From contig CAJACJ010000518.1 of the NCBI GenBank assembly GCA_903938205.1, forward strand, positions 1 through 25,031: a stretch of 25,031 nt of DNA. Reading direction: 5' to 3'. This stretch comes from an uncultured bacterium (GTDB taxonomy: Bacteria > Planctomycetota > Phycisphaerae > Phycisphaerales > SM1A02). Position numbers and translations under genes: made by a program. Below, piece by piece: positions 9,622 to 19,004 of the stretch. The notes under the pieces are model-generated. The model had not been told where the DNA came from and searched no databases. It saw only the letters and a program-made list of their open reading frames with translations. Positions within the stretch are counted from its first letter, which is position 1, and each line of letters begins with the position of its first letter.

Positions 9622-10362
9622 GTGAACGACACAGCATCGCTTCATTGGAAAACTGGTAGCAGCGAGCCCGCACATGAGTCCAGTGTCAGCAAAATCCAAT
9701 CGTCTATTTCAGCGCAAGAAAACATACACGCTATTCAATCAAGCGCCTCCGAGTTGGGTTGGAGCAAGTCCTTGCGCCACCGTCCCTATGAAGATGTTCA
9801 GGCCCTGATCACTGGCACTCTGTTCTCGGCTTTTGGTGTTGTCATGTTTAGCAACGCGGGGCTAGTCACCGGGGGCACGGCGGGTCTAGTGTTCTTAATT
9901 CATTATTCGACAGGATGGAATTTTGGTTTGATATTTTTTCTAATCAACCTTCCCTTTTACGCGCTCGCTTGGAAACGCATGGAAAAAGCGTTCATGTTCA
10001 AAACATTTATATCGATTGGATTGGTTTCGATGCTGGTGAATGTTTTACCCGAGTTTGTTCGTTTTAAAGAACTGTCGCCCGTGCTTGCAGCAATTCTGGG
10101 TGGTTTATTCATGGGTATGGGCATGCTTATTTTGTTTCGTCATAGGGCCAGTTTGGGTGGATTCAATGTGCTGGTGTTGTATTTACAAGAAAAATATCGG
10201 TGGCGTGCCGGTCGCGTTCAAATGTTGTTTGACAGCCTGATTGTGCTGAGTTCAATGGCTTTGGTCAGTTGGCAACAATTTGTTTTGTCGGTATTGGGCG
10301 TGGTGATTTTAAACCAAACATTAGCCACCAACTACAGGGCGGGGCGCTATTCAACGCTGTAA
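9622..10362 (+). CDS. YitT-family membrane protein
   Basis: EDVQALITGTLF, GLVTGGTAGL, INLPFY, LFRHRASLGGFNVL, AGRVQMLFD. GTG start preceded by GAAAGG. Confidence 0.85.
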   Translation: MNDTASLHWKTGSSEPAHESSVSKIQSSISAQENIHAIQSSASELGWSKSLRHRPYEDVQALITGTLFSAFGVVMFSNAGLVTGGTAGLVFLIHYSTGWNFGLIFFLINLPFYALAWKRMEKAFMFKTFISIGLVSMLVNVLPEFVRFKELSPVLAAILGGLFMGMGMLILFRHRASLGGFNVLVLYLQEKYRWRAGRVQMLFDSLIVLSSMALVSWQQFVLSVLGVVILNQTLATNYRAGRYSTL

Positions 10363-10474
10363 TTAAAACCAAGCGGCACTGTCATGTTTTCACAATACAA
10401 ATTCGTATGTGCGCGAAACTGAATGAGGTATAACCATGGTGTTCACGCCACACTTATCAGAAAGGGTAGAACCA

Positions 10475-10882
10475 ATGTCCGTCAAGAAAAAAACTAAATC
10501 ACCGCACAAATTAAATTCGCGCTCGACCGTCAAAGTAAAGCCATCCAAAGAAGTTTCCTCACTGCCTGAAACTTTCAAGAAATTTGCAGCACGCTTTCCA
10601 GAGTTAACCAGTGCCCATGAAAAAATGGGCAAATCAATTTCTGTTGCAGGTTCGCTTTCAAAGCGAGAGCAAACTCTTGTCAAGATTGGATTGTGTGTTG
10701 GCGCAGGCATGGAGTCGGCGTTGCGCAGCCATGTTCGACGTGCTTTACAGGGTGGAATTTCGGTTCGTGAAATAGAGCACGCAGTTGCCCAGGCCATGAC
10801 CACGCTTGGATTTCCGCGCACGGTTCAGGCATGGAGTTGGGCGCACATTCAAATTGAACGCAGCGCGCGCAGCACTCTTTAA
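10475..10882 (+). CDS. Carboxymuconolactone decarboxylase (CMD/AhpD-like) family protein without CxxC
   Basis: LSKREQTLVKIGL, ALRSHVRRALQGG, EIEHAV, TTLGFP. Lys-rich N-terminal extension. Start set at ATG 10475 after GAAAGGG; the frame is open from 10436. Confidence 0.8.
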   Translation: MSVKKKTKSPHKLNSRSTVKVKPSKEVSSLPETFKKFAARFPELTSAHEKMGKSISVAGSLSKREQTLVKIGLCVGAGMESALRSHVRRALQGGISVREIEHAVAQAMTTLGFPRTVQAWSWAHIQIERSARSTL

Positions 10883-10924
10883 GAAGCGAAAGCTCGCCCA
10901 TTATATAAAGTCCGAATAATTACA

Positions 10925-10938
10925 CTGATTTTGATCAA
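10925..10938. promoter_or_regulatory. FNR/DNR-type (Crp-Fnr) box CTGAT-TTTG-ATCAA
   Basis: 9 of 10 matches to TTGAT-N4-ATCAA, upstream of ric and the oxidoreductase operon. Confidence 0.55.
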
Positions 10939-10975
10939 TTTTAAGAGTATTGAGTAAAATATTCAGGAATCCGCC

Positions 10976-11003
10976 TTGCAAGCAAGAGTTCACCCGCTAC
11001 AAT
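10976..11003 (+). promoter_or_regulatory. Candidate sigma70 promoter TTGCAA-N16-TACAAT for the ric/oxidoreductase operon
   Basis: -35 at 10976-10981 and -10 at 10998-11003, about 80 nt upstream of the ric ATG. Confidence 0.5.
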
Positions 11004-11017
11004 TTAAGAGAATAATA

Positions 11018-11039
11018 TCTTTTTATCTGTATATAAAGA
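11018..11039. promoter_or_regulatory. Inverted repeat TCTTTTTAT-CTGT-ATATAAAGA; candidate repressor operator
   Basis: 8 of 9 arm symmetry, located just downstream of the predicted transcription start. Confidence 0.4.
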
Positions 11040-11084
11040 GTCAGAATAAGTTTGCCGTCAATACAACTTTTTGAAAGGTCGCAC

Positions 11085-11792
11085 ATGGAACCAATTACTT
11101 TAACGCCCGCAAATTCCGTGGGTCAATGGGCTGCTTCTTCGCCGGCCGCTGCCCGCACCTTAGCTGACATTGGTCTTGATATTTGCTGTGGCGGAAAGCG
11201 TGCGCTGCTCGATGCGTGTCGTGAAAAAAATATGGATCCATCCGATGTGGTGCAAAAAGTGTGCGCGGCACAAAATGCGCGCCAGGCTGATGGAGAAAGT
11301 GATCCAGCTCTCATGCCATTAGCAGAGTTAACACAGCACATTGTGGATACGCATCATGCGTATTTGCGACAAGCGTTGCCTCGTATCGAATATTGGATAG
11401 AAAAAATGGTCAAGGCTCATGGCGACAAGAATCCATCTTTCAGCGAATTGCTTGATGTGTTTAAGGGTTTACATATTGAAATGCAAACACACATGGACAA
11501 AGAGGAAAATATTTTGTTCCCAATAGCGGCGGCTATGGAATGCGGTATTCGACCCGCCATGAATTTAATGTATCCCGTGGCGTGCATGGAGCAAGATCAC
11601 CAAGAAGCTGGTTTGGCTCTTGCTCGGATCAAGGAACTCACAAGAAGTTTTTCTGCACCGCCCAACGCGTGCACGACATGGCGAGCAGCCTATTCAGCAT
11701 TGGCAGAATTAGATGCAGACATGCACCGCCATGTTCATAAAGAAAATAATGTTTTATTTCCACGCATTATTGAAATGCAAAAAATGAATTGA
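11085..11792 (+). CDS. ric: Iron-sulfur cluster repair di-iron protein (Ric/YtfE/ScdA)
   Basis: N-terminal DICCGG and hemerythrin-like ligands HHAYLR, HMDKEENILFP, MEQDH, HVHKENNVLFP. Start at ATG 11085 after GAAAGG. Confidence 0.9.
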   Translation: MEPITLTPANSVGQWAASSPAAARTLADIGLDICCGGKRALLDACREKNMDPSDVVQKVCAAQNARQADGESDPALMPLAELTQHIVDTHHAYLRQALPRIEYWIEKMVKAHGDKNPSFSELLDVFKGLHIEMQTHMDKEENILFPIAAAMECGIRPAMNLMYPVACMEQDHQEAGLALARIKELTRSFSAPPNACTTWRAAYSALAELDADMHRHVHKENNVLFPRIIEMQKMN

Positions 11793-11834
11793 ACACTGCT
11801 CAAGTTTAAAATTGAAATTAAAACAAGAACGCAC

Positions 11835-14800
11835 ATGAACAAGCCTTTACCAATGGTTTCCCGGAGAAACTTTCTAAGCACTCTTGCCGCCACAAGCATC
11901 AGTTCGTTGGCTATCAGTAGGCATGCAATGGCTGCCATCGGCGCATTGACGCCCATGGATGTCGCCAATCCATTAGCCGCATATCCAAACCGTGATTGGG
12001 AAAAGGTGTATCGCAATCTGTATAAACATGACTCTTCATTTGTGTTCATGTGCGCGCCCAACGACACGCATAATTGTTTGTTGCGGGGATTTGTGAAGAA
12101 CGGCGTGGTGACTCGTATTGGTCCAAGTTGGGGCTACAACAAGGCCACCGATCTAGCAGGAAATAAAGCAAGCGCGCGTTGGGATCCGCGATGTTGTCAA
12201 AAAGGAATCGCGCTTGCCAGAAGATTTTATGGCGACCGCCGCATTAAAGAACCATTAGTTCGTCAAGGAATGCTGGATTGGCTTCAAGCGGGCAAGCCGC
12301 GCGGTACTGATGGAGCCATCGATCCGAAATATTTGAAGCGTGGTCACGATTCATTTGTGCCAGTGACTTGGGAAAAAGCGTTCGAAGCGACCGCTGAAAC
12401 AATGGTGGACATTGCCAAGACCTACAACGGAAAACAAGGCCAAGAAAAATTACTTGCGCAGGGGTATGACCCGCTCATGGTTGAAACAACAGGCGGCGCG
12501 GGCACACAAGTGATGAAGTTTCGTGGCGGTATGCCGCTCCTTGGATTGACGCGCGTGATGGCGCAGTACCGTCTTGCCAACAGCATGGCGCTTTTGGACA
12601 GCACGTTGCGCGGAGTCGGCCCTGACCAAGCGGTTGGTGCGCGCGGCTTTGATAATTATTCATGGCACACGGATCTTCCGCCAGGACACCCAATGGTCAC
12701 TGGTCAGCAGACCAATGATTTTGATTTGTGCATGGTTGAACACAGCAAAATGGTGATTGTGTGGGGTATGAATTGGATCGCAACCAAAATGCCGGACAGT
12801 CATTGGCTGACGGAAGCCAGAATGAAGGGCACGAAAGTTGTTGTGATTGCTTGCGAATATTCCGCCACGGCAAACAAGTCAGACGAGTTGATTGTTGTGC
12901 GGCCTGGAACCACGCCCGCGCTTGCGCTTGGATTGGCGCAAGTCATCATGAGTGAAAAACTCTATGACGACGCTTTTGTGCGCCGCCACACGGATCTACC
13001 GCTATTGATTCGTTTGGATAACGGAAAAATGTTGCGCGCCGCGGAGGTGTTCCCTGGATATCAAGCGGCGGTATTGACCAATGGAATCACCGTAGTCAAA
13101 ACAGGTGAAAAACCACCAAGTACGTTGGAGCAATCGGGTGCGTTTGTGTCGCAGGAAAAACGAGCGGAGTGGGGCGACTATGTTGCTTATGACGATGTGG
13201 CCAAAAAGCCAGTGGCGGTGAATCGCGACCAGGTTGGTGACAAGGCAAACGCGCTTCCCAAAGGGTTGGCGTTGGACATTCGCACAAAAATAAAGTTGGC
13301 CGATGGCGGCGAAGTGGAATGCGCCACTGTTTGGAACGCCACCAAGCAAATGCTTGACAACGCGTACACGCCAGATTCCGTGGAGAAATTAACGTGGGCT
13401 AAGGCGGAGGCCATTCAAAGCTTGGCGCGACAAATTGCGGTCAACTCTGGCGCCGTTGCTTTCGCATGCGGCATGGGTCCCAATCAGTTCTTCAACAGCG
13501 ACCTGAAGGACCGCGGCGTGTTTCTTGTTGCCGCGCTCACTGGCAATGTTGGTAAAAAAGGCGGAAATGTAGGCAGTTATGCGGGTAATTATCGCATTGC
13601 CTATATGAGCGGCTTGCCGCAGTACATCTTGGAAAATCCATTTGATATTGAACTTGATCCCACAAAGCCAGCGCGCTCCAAGCGTTATTGGAAACCTGAA
13701 AGCGTTCATTACTTCAACCACGGCGACATGATTTTGCGCAAAGGCAAAGCTGTGTTGACAGGTAAGACGCATTTGCCAACGCCGACAAAGTCAGTGTGTG
13801 TTTCCAACTCCAACAGTTTGATTGGAAATGTAAAGGGGCACTATGACTTTGTTATTAACACATTGAAGCGCGTGGAATTGATCGCCATCAATGAGTGGTG
13901 GTGGACCGCTTCCTGCGAATATGCGGATGTTGTATTTCCTGTCGATAGCTGGGCGGAGTTTCGCTATCCAGACATGACCATGTCGGTCACGAATCCGTTT
14001 GTGCAAGTGTTTCCAACTTCTCCGTTGCCGCGCATTCACAACACGCGCGGCGATATTGAAGTGGCGAAGGGTCTTGGCGAAGCCATTGGAAAACTGACAA
14101 ATGATTCGCGGCATGCGGACTATTGGAAATTCATCAATGAAAAAGATCGCGCGTTGCCTTATTTGCAACGCATGATGGATCAGTCCAACGCCATGCGTGG
14201 TTACAAAATTGAGGCCTTGGAAAAGAATGCGGAGCTTGGCATTCCGGCGATTCTGAACACGCGCACTTATCCAAAGTATTCAAGCTTTGAGCAAATTGAG
14301 GAGTCAAAGCCGTGGTATACAAAAACTGGTCGTTTGGAATTTTATCGCGAAGAAGCTGAATTCCAAGATGCCGGAGAGAACGTGGTCATTCATCGCGAGC
14401 CGATTGACTCCACTCCATACGATCCGGCTTCATTGGTGTCGGCGCCACATCCATTGTTGCGGCCCAAGTCACCAGAAGATTACGGAACAAAAACTTCCGA
14501 TCGCGACGCTGATTCGCGTCAAGCACGGCATGTGATTTACACCACTGATGAGTTGCTTCAAACAGCGCATCCCTTGACCGAGCATGATCCGAATTACCGA
14601 TTTGTTTTTCACACGCCAAAATATCGCCATGGAGCACACAGTACTCCCGTTGATCTAGACATTATCGCGGTTTGGTTTGGTCCCTTTGGCGACATGCATC
14701 GCCGCGACAAGCGAATGCCATTTGTGAATGAGGCATACGTAGATATCAATCCCCTTGATGGCAAGTCGCTTGGTGTTGAGGATGGTGATTATGTTTTTAT

Positions 14801-15377
14801 TGACGCCGATCCGCACGATCGACCGTTCAAAGGTTGGCAAAATAATCCAGAGGGATACGCCGTGGCGCGTTTGATTGCGCGCGCCCGTTATTACCCAGGC
14901 ACGCCGCGTGGAATTACACGCATGTGGCACAACATGTATGGCGCAACATTTAGTTCCGTGGCGGCGGCGAAGGTACGAGCGGATGGTTTGGCAAAATCCA
15001 AGGACACGAATTATCAAGCCAGTTTCCGCTCCGGTTCGCATCAAAGTTGCACGCGTGGTTGGCTCAAACCAACATGGATGACGGATTCATTGGTGGTGAA
15101 GGAGTTGCTGAATCAAGGCATTACTCAAGGATTTGTTCCTGACGTGCATTGTCCAGTCGGTGCTCCTCGTGAATCAATGGTGCGCATCACCAAGGCGGAA
15201 AATGGCGGACTCGGTGGCGAAGGAATTTGGTCGCCAGAGACTCTTGGATATCGCCCCACGTATGAAAGTGACGCGATGAAAAAATTTATTCTTGGAGGAT
15301 TTGTGACTCGTTCATTCATGGCGAAAGTCACAAGCCCGCTTGTTGTTCCAATCACAAAAATTACTTCTCCAATGTAA
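11835..15377 (+). CDS. narG/nxrA: Type II DMSO-reductase-family Mo-bisPGD catalytic subunit, Tat-exported periplasmic nitrate reductase / nitrite oxidoreductase alpha
   Basis: Tat signal SRRNFL..HAMA. FS0 motif C73-APN-D77-THN-C81...RC-C121-QKG. NYSWHT-D280-LPPGHP Mo-ligand region, [30 protein letters not shown]. The fold family is certain; the reaction direction is not. Confidence 0.92.
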   Translation: MNKPLPMVSRRNFLSTLAATSISSLAISRHAMAAIGALTPMDVANPLAAYPNRDWEKVYRNLYKHDSSFVFMCAPNDTHNCLLRGFVKNGVVTRIGPSWGYNKATDLAGNKASARWDPRCCQKGIALARRFYGDRRIKEPLVRQGMLDWLQAGKPRGTDGAIDPKYLKRGHDSFVPVTWEKAFEATAETMVDIAKTYNGKQGQEKLLAQGYDPLMVETTGGAGTQVMKFRGGMPLLGLTRVMAQYRLANSMALLDSTLRGVGPDQAVGARGFDNYSWHTDLPPGHPMVTGQQTNDFDLCMVEHSKMVIVWGMNWIATKMPDSHWLTEARMKGTKVVVIACEYSATANKSDELIVVRPGTTPALALGLAQVIMSEKLYDDAFVRRHTDLPLLIRLDNGKMLRAAEVFPGYQAAVLTNGITVVKTGEKPPSTLEQSGAFVSQEKRAEWGDYVAYDDVAKKPVAVNRDQVGDKANALPKGLALDIRTKIKLADGGEVECATVWNATKQMLDNAYTPDSVEKLTWAKAEAIQSLARQIAVNSGAVAFACGMGPNQFFNSDLKDRGVFLVAALTGNVGKKGGNVGSYAGNYRIAYMSGLPQYILENPFDIELDPTKPARSKRYWKPESVHYFNHGDMILRKGKAVLTGKTHLPTPTKSVCVSNSNSLIGNVKGHYDFVINTLKRVELIAINEWWWTASCEYADVVFPVDSWAEFRYPDMTMSVTNPFVQVFPTSPLPRIHNTRGDIEVAKGLGEAIGKLTNDSRHADYWKFINEKDRALPYLQRMMDQSNAMRGYKIEALEKNAELGIPAILNTRTYPKYSSFEQIEESKPWYTKTGRLEFYREEAEFQDAGENVVIHREPIDSTPYDPASLVSAPHPLLRPKSPEDYGTKTSDRDADSRQARHVIYTTDELLQTAHPLTEHDPNYRFVFHTPKYRHGAHSTPVDLDIIAVWFGPFGDMHRRDKRMPFVNEAYVDINPLDGKSLGVEDGDYVFIDADPHDRPFKGWQNNPEGYAVARLIARARYYPGTPRGITRMWHNMYGATFSSVAAAKVRADGLAKSKDTNYQASFRSGSHQSCTRGWLKPTWMTDSLVVKELLNQGITQGFVPDVHCPVGAPRESMVRITKAENGGLGGEGIWSPETLGYRPTYESDAMKKFILGGFVTRSFMAKVTSPLVVPITKITSPM

Positions 15378-15386
15378 GAAGCCACC

Positions 15387-16514
15387 ATGCCAAAGATTTT
15401 CAATAAACAGATTGATCGTGAAATGGATTATCCGTACGAAGCCTCGCCACCGAAGCGGCAGGTGGCGTACATATTTGACACCAACAAATGTATCGCGTGT
15501 CAGACCTGCACCATTGCGTGCAAGACATGTTGGACATCCGGCCGCGGGCAAGAACATATTTTCTACAACAACGTGGAGACCAAACCATACGGAAGTTATC
15601 CAATGGGTTGGGATACAAAATTACAAGAGCAGCGTGTGCAGGTGACGTGGAACAACAAGCGTTTGGAGTCGCCAACTATTTTCGAAGGCAATTCACCCAA
15701 TTCTCCGCCAGATGGTTGGCGTCCAACAAGTGAGGATTACGCGCATCCAAATCATGGTGAAGATGACATCTCTGGCATCATCGAGAAGACCGCGCACTTT
15801 GCTGGTGAGCACCCCATGTGGATGTTTTATTTGGCGCGCATTTGCAACCATTGCACAACTCCCGCGTGCCTGGCGGCTTGTCCGCGCAAGGCCATTTACA
15901 AGCGTGAAGAAGATGGCATTGTGTTGGTGGATCAGGAACGCTGCCGTGGATATCAAGAATGTGTTCGCGCGTGTCCATATAAGAAAGTTTTTTACAACGC
16001 AGTGAGTCGCGCCAGCGAAAAATGCATTGGCTGTTTTCCGCGTGTGGAGCAAGGCTTGCAGGCTTTGTGCGTGGAAGGCTGTATTGGAAAAATCCGCATG
16101 CATGGATTTATTTCAACGCAGACGCCTCCGCGTGAGGACAATCCGCTTGACTACATCATTCACATTCGAAAGTTGGCGCTTCCGCTGTATCCACAATTTG
16201 GAACTGGTCCAAATGTGTATTACGTGCCGCCTATCCATGTACCGATTGGGTTTTGTGAGCAACTCTTTGGTCCAGGTGTGGAGGAGTCTGTTTCGTTGTA
16301 TCGCAAACTGAAAGACGATCCAAAATTGCTTGGAGCATTGTTCCTATTTGGTTCCACTGATCACATCATTGAGCATTTTGAGGTGAAGGACCAAGTTGCA
16401 ATTGGTTGGAACGCCAAAGGTGATGAAGTTTCTCGCGTTCCGTTCACTGAATACACCTATGTGCGTCCACACCATGACAAAGAATTTCAGGTGTACAGGC
16501 ATAACACGGCTTGA
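15387..16514 (+). CDS. narH/nxrB: Fe-S beta subunit of the type II molybdoenzyme
   Basis: CIACQTCTIAC, CNHCTTPACLAAC, CRGYQECVRAC, CIGCFPR..LCVEGC (3x[4Fe-4S] plus [3Fe-4S] pattern), and PLYPQFGTGPNVYY. No signal peptide, consistent with Tat co-export with alpha. Confidence 0.93.
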   Translation: MPKIFNKQIDREMDYPYEASPPKRQVAYIFDTNKCIACQTCTIACKTCWTSGRGQEHIFYNNVETKPYGSYPMGWDTKLQEQRVQVTWNNKRLESPTIFEGNSPNSPPDGWRPTSEDYAHPNHGEDDISGIIEKTAHFAGEHPMWMFYLARICNHCTTPACLAACPRKAIYKREEDGIVLVDQERCRGYQECVRACPYKKVFYNAVSRASEKCIGCFPRVEQGLQALCVEGCIGKIRMHGFISTQTPPREDNPLDYIIHIRKLALPLYPQFGTGPNVYYVPPIHVPIGFCEQLFGPGVEESVSLYRKLKDDPKLLGALFLFGSTDHIIEHFEVKDQVAIGWNAKGDEVSRVPFTEYTYVRPHHDKEFQVYRHNTA

Positions 16515-16552
16515 TTGATCAGCATATTTCACTTTTGAAATAAGGAATTCAC

Positions 16553-17500
16553 ATGACAGAAGAAATTAGTTCAAACAGAAAACGAATGCTTCCGCTGCAC
16601 GGCTTAGCGAGCGCGGTATTTTTGGTGATCGCGGCGGCGTTTGTTTGGCGCATGCCATCCAATTCCAAAGCCACAGATACCACGAAAGATATTGTGGCGG
16701 TCAGTCCATTACATGTGACAAAAATCGCAACCCTTGGTGCGCCGGATCCAACGGCTTCCTATTGGAAATCCGCGACCGTTGCGGTGATTCCATTGCTTCC
16801 GCAAACAATCACCAAGCCCACAATTGAAAAATCGGAAATACATTCAATGGAAGTCCAGGCCGTGAGTGACGGGACAAATATTGCATGGCGACTTGCGTGG
16901 GCGGATCCCGAGGCCGACTCCGCGGTGGATTCTGGAAAATTTTCAGATGCGTGCGCCATTCAATTTCCAATTGGAACCAATACAAATTTAATGATGGGTC
17001 ATGGTGGCGAAGTTGAGATTTTCTTGTGGAAAGCGATTTGGCAGCGAGATGTGAATCTTGGATTTCAAGATATTCGCGACCTGCATCCAAATGCATGGAC
17101 CGATTTGTATTGGTTTTCCAAAGGCGGACTTGAAACAAATATAAATGACGCGTTCGCGGATCCGCGAGCCAAGCAATGGATGATTGCGTTGACTGCGGGA
17201 AATCCAATGAGTCAAATGGATCGCAAACAACCTTGCGAAGAATGCACGGCGAAAGGCTTTGGAACAATCGCCACACAGGCACAGCAATCATCACAAGCCG
17301 TTGGTATCTGGGCTGGCGGGCAATGGGCCGTTGTTTTTCAACGACCCCTTCGCACAGAAGATGTCTCGGATTATCAATTTGGACTTCACGCATCAGAGTT
17401 TGCGCTTGCTGTCTGGCAAGGCAGCGCCAAACAAGCTGGCGGTCGTAAGCAATTTTCTGGATGGGTTCCATTTGAATTGCCGAACGGAAATATCAAATGA
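16553..17500 (+). CDS. Gamma subunit: ethylbenzene dehydrogenase-like (EbdC/NxrC) heme b DOMON-type protein with an N-terminal membrane anchor
   Basis: One N-terminal TM segment, FSDACAIQFP, LMMG (candidate Met ligand), AKGFGT, WAVVFQRPL, ALAVWQGS..GGRKQFSGW (candidate Lys ligand). Confidence 0.85.
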   Translation: MTEEISSNRKRMLPLHGLASAVFLVIAAAFVWRMPSNSKATDTTKDIVAVSPLHVTKIATLGAPDPTASYWKSATVAVIPLLPQTITKPTIEKSEIHSMEVQAVSDGTNIAWRLAWADPEADSAVDSGKFSDACAIQFPIGTNTNLMMGHGGEVEIFLWKAIWQRDVNLGFQDIRDLHPNAWTDLYWFSKGGLETNINDAFADPRAKQWMIALTAGNPMSQMDRKQPCEECTAKGFGTIATQAQQSSQAVGIWAGGQWAVVFQRPLRTEDVSDYQFGLHASEFALAVWQGSAKQAGGRKQFSGWVPFELPNGNIK

Positions 17501-18225
17501 ACGACTCGATCAAATCCTATGCCACGGCTGATCTTTTGATGCTTCTGACAAGCGCGATTGCTGGAAAGCAATCAGAGGATCAAAATCCAAGCCATGATGA
17601 ACTGCAGGAGTTGGTTCGTTATGCGCAATTGCCAGACGATGTGATAGGCCCAATGCAAGAAGCGCTGCGCGCATTTCATGAAGCGCCTGCGAATGAATTG
17701 CATTTGGAACGAGGCAGATTATATTCGGCGGCGCAAGCGTGTCCGCCATACGAGGCCGCGTATGTGCGCCGCGACAAGGGCGCATTACTAGCGGATATCG
17801 CCGGATTTTACCATGCATTTGGTTTGCATTTGGATGAGCATGTCCATGAACGTCCCGACCATATTGTGATGGAATTGGAATTTCTTGCGTTGGCATTTGT
17901 CATGCTTGGAAATGCGCAAAAAGATGGAAACAGCGATGGTCTGGCGGTGTGTTGGCACTCCATTGCATTGTTTGCCAACGAACATCTTGGTGAGTGGATT
18001 GAATCGTTTGCCACAGTGCTCAGCGCGACAAGTACGGATGACGTGCATCCACGTATAGCCCATGCGGTTGGAGTTTTCTGGGAAGCCTTGCGCGAGCGGG
18101 AGTGTTGGTCAAAACCAAGTTGCCCTGGAATTGCTCCCGATATTCAGAACAAAAATGAACATGACAGTCAATGGGATTGCGTTGGCGCCCAAGAAAATGT
18201 TTGTGAAAAGGAGATTCAATCATGA
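17497..18225 (+). CDS. TorD/DmsD-family molybdoenzyme maturation chaperone
   Basis: CPPYEAAY, LADIAGFYHAFGL, ERPDHIVMELEF, EHLGEW. ATGA overlaps with both neighbours. Confidence 0.88.
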   Translation: MNDSIKSYATADLLMLLTSAIAGKQSEDQNPSHDELQELVRYAQLPDDVIGPMQEALRAFHEAPANELHLERGRLYSAAQACPPYEAAYVRRDKGALLADIAGFYHAFGLHLDEHVHERPDHIVMELEFLALAFVMLGNAQKDGNSDGLAVCWHSIALFANEHLGEWIESFATVLSATSTDDVHPRIAHAVGVFWEALRERECWSKPSCPGIAPDIQNKNEHDSQWDCVGAQENVCEKEIQS

Positions 18226-19004
18226 GTGAAGAAGATCATCAATTTTCCCAAGCACAGCAGGCAACTCACCCCGCGCGAAAAATTGTCTTTGGCAGCCTGA
18301 TTAGCTTAAGTGTTTTGCCCATTGCAATGCTGCTTATTGCCGTGCTGTGGAGCGTAAAGCCAATGATGAAACAGTCATCTGCGCAAAATGATGCGGCTCA
18401 AGAAAGTGCGGCCACCAACGGACATGCAAAAGGCGCGCTGATTAATTTTGCGACATGCGCAACGTGCCACGGCGTGAATGGTGAAGGAAATGCAAAAATG
18501 CATGCCCCGCGAATAGCGGATCTTCCGCCTTGGTATGTGAAAGCGCAACTCGAAAAATTTCAAAACGGCTTACGCGGCGTGAATCCAACCGATGTCTATG
18601 GCCAGACCATGCGGCCAATGGCGCTGCAAGTGCAGGATGTGGACGCGATGGCGAAGATTGTCTCTGATTTAGAGGGACATCGCGGACGATTTGCGCCCGC
18701 GGGACCAGTCATTGCAGGCAATGTTGATCATGGTCGAGTTTTATATGCACAGTGCGTGGCCTGTCATGGCGTAAACGGCTTGGGTGAGCGTGGCGTGAAA
18801 AGTCCCACGATTGCGGGGCAAGAAAGTTGGTACGTGCAACAACAGTTAATGAATTTCCGAAGTGGTACTCGTGGAATTTCTACTGCGGACCGGGAGGGAA
18901 ATTTAATGAGGATCATTGTCGCTCCTCTCAGTGATGCAGACATTGCTGACTTGGCGATTTTTGTGAACGCAATGGGGAATAAAAAAACTGTGACGCAACA
19001 ATGA
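18222..19004 (+). CDS. Membrane-anchored diheme cytochrome c, c4 family
   Basis: N-terminal TM helix, CATCH and CVACH, repeated PxIA...WY..QL.xF..G.R pattern, and a distal Met in each domain. Confidence 0.9.
   Translation: MSEEDHQFSQAQQATHPARKIVFGSLISLSVLPIAMLLIAVLWSVKPMMKQSSAQNDAAQESAATNGHAKGALINFATCATCHGVNGEGNAKMHAPRIADLPPWYVKAQLEKFQNGLRGVNPTDVYGQTMRPMALQVQDVDAMAKIVSDLEGHRGRFAPAGPVIAGNVDHGRVLYAQCVACHGVNGLGERGVKSPTIAGQESWYVQQQLMNFRSGTRGISTADREGNLMRIIVAPLSDADIADLAIFVNAMGNKKTVTQQ

Noticed and set aside
10475-10882. AhpD alkylhydroperoxidase activity for the CMD-family protein
   Set aside because: The catalytic CxxC is absent (only one Cys), so only the fold family is supported.
10964-10980. 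Sigma54 promoter (GG-N10-GC: AGGAATCCGCCTTGCA)
   Set aside because: The spacing is right but the -24 element is a poor match to TGGCAC. The same TTGCA is better explained as the -35 of a sigma70 promoter with a good -10.
11835-15377. A definitive call as nitrite oxidoreductase (nitrifier)
   Set aside because: NXR and NAR direction cannot be read from sequence. The Thr317, ric gene and FNR-like box lean towards nitrate reduction.
15300-15377. Possible aberrant C-terminal extension of the alpha subunit after KKFILGGF
   Set aside because: It may be longer than in homologues, but I cannot verify that without an alignment. The stop sits 9 nt before the beta start, which looks normal.
17231-17250. 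CEEC in the gamma subunit as a heme c site
   Set aside because: It reads CEECT, with no His after CxxC, and falls in a segment that is usually non-Cys in EbdC-like proteins.
11835-17500. Anammox metabolism
   Set aside because: No hydrazine synthase, hydrazine dehydrogenase or HAO-like multiheme genes are visible, and the alpha motifs differ from anammox NxrA as recalled. An NXR-like enzyme alone is not diagnostic.
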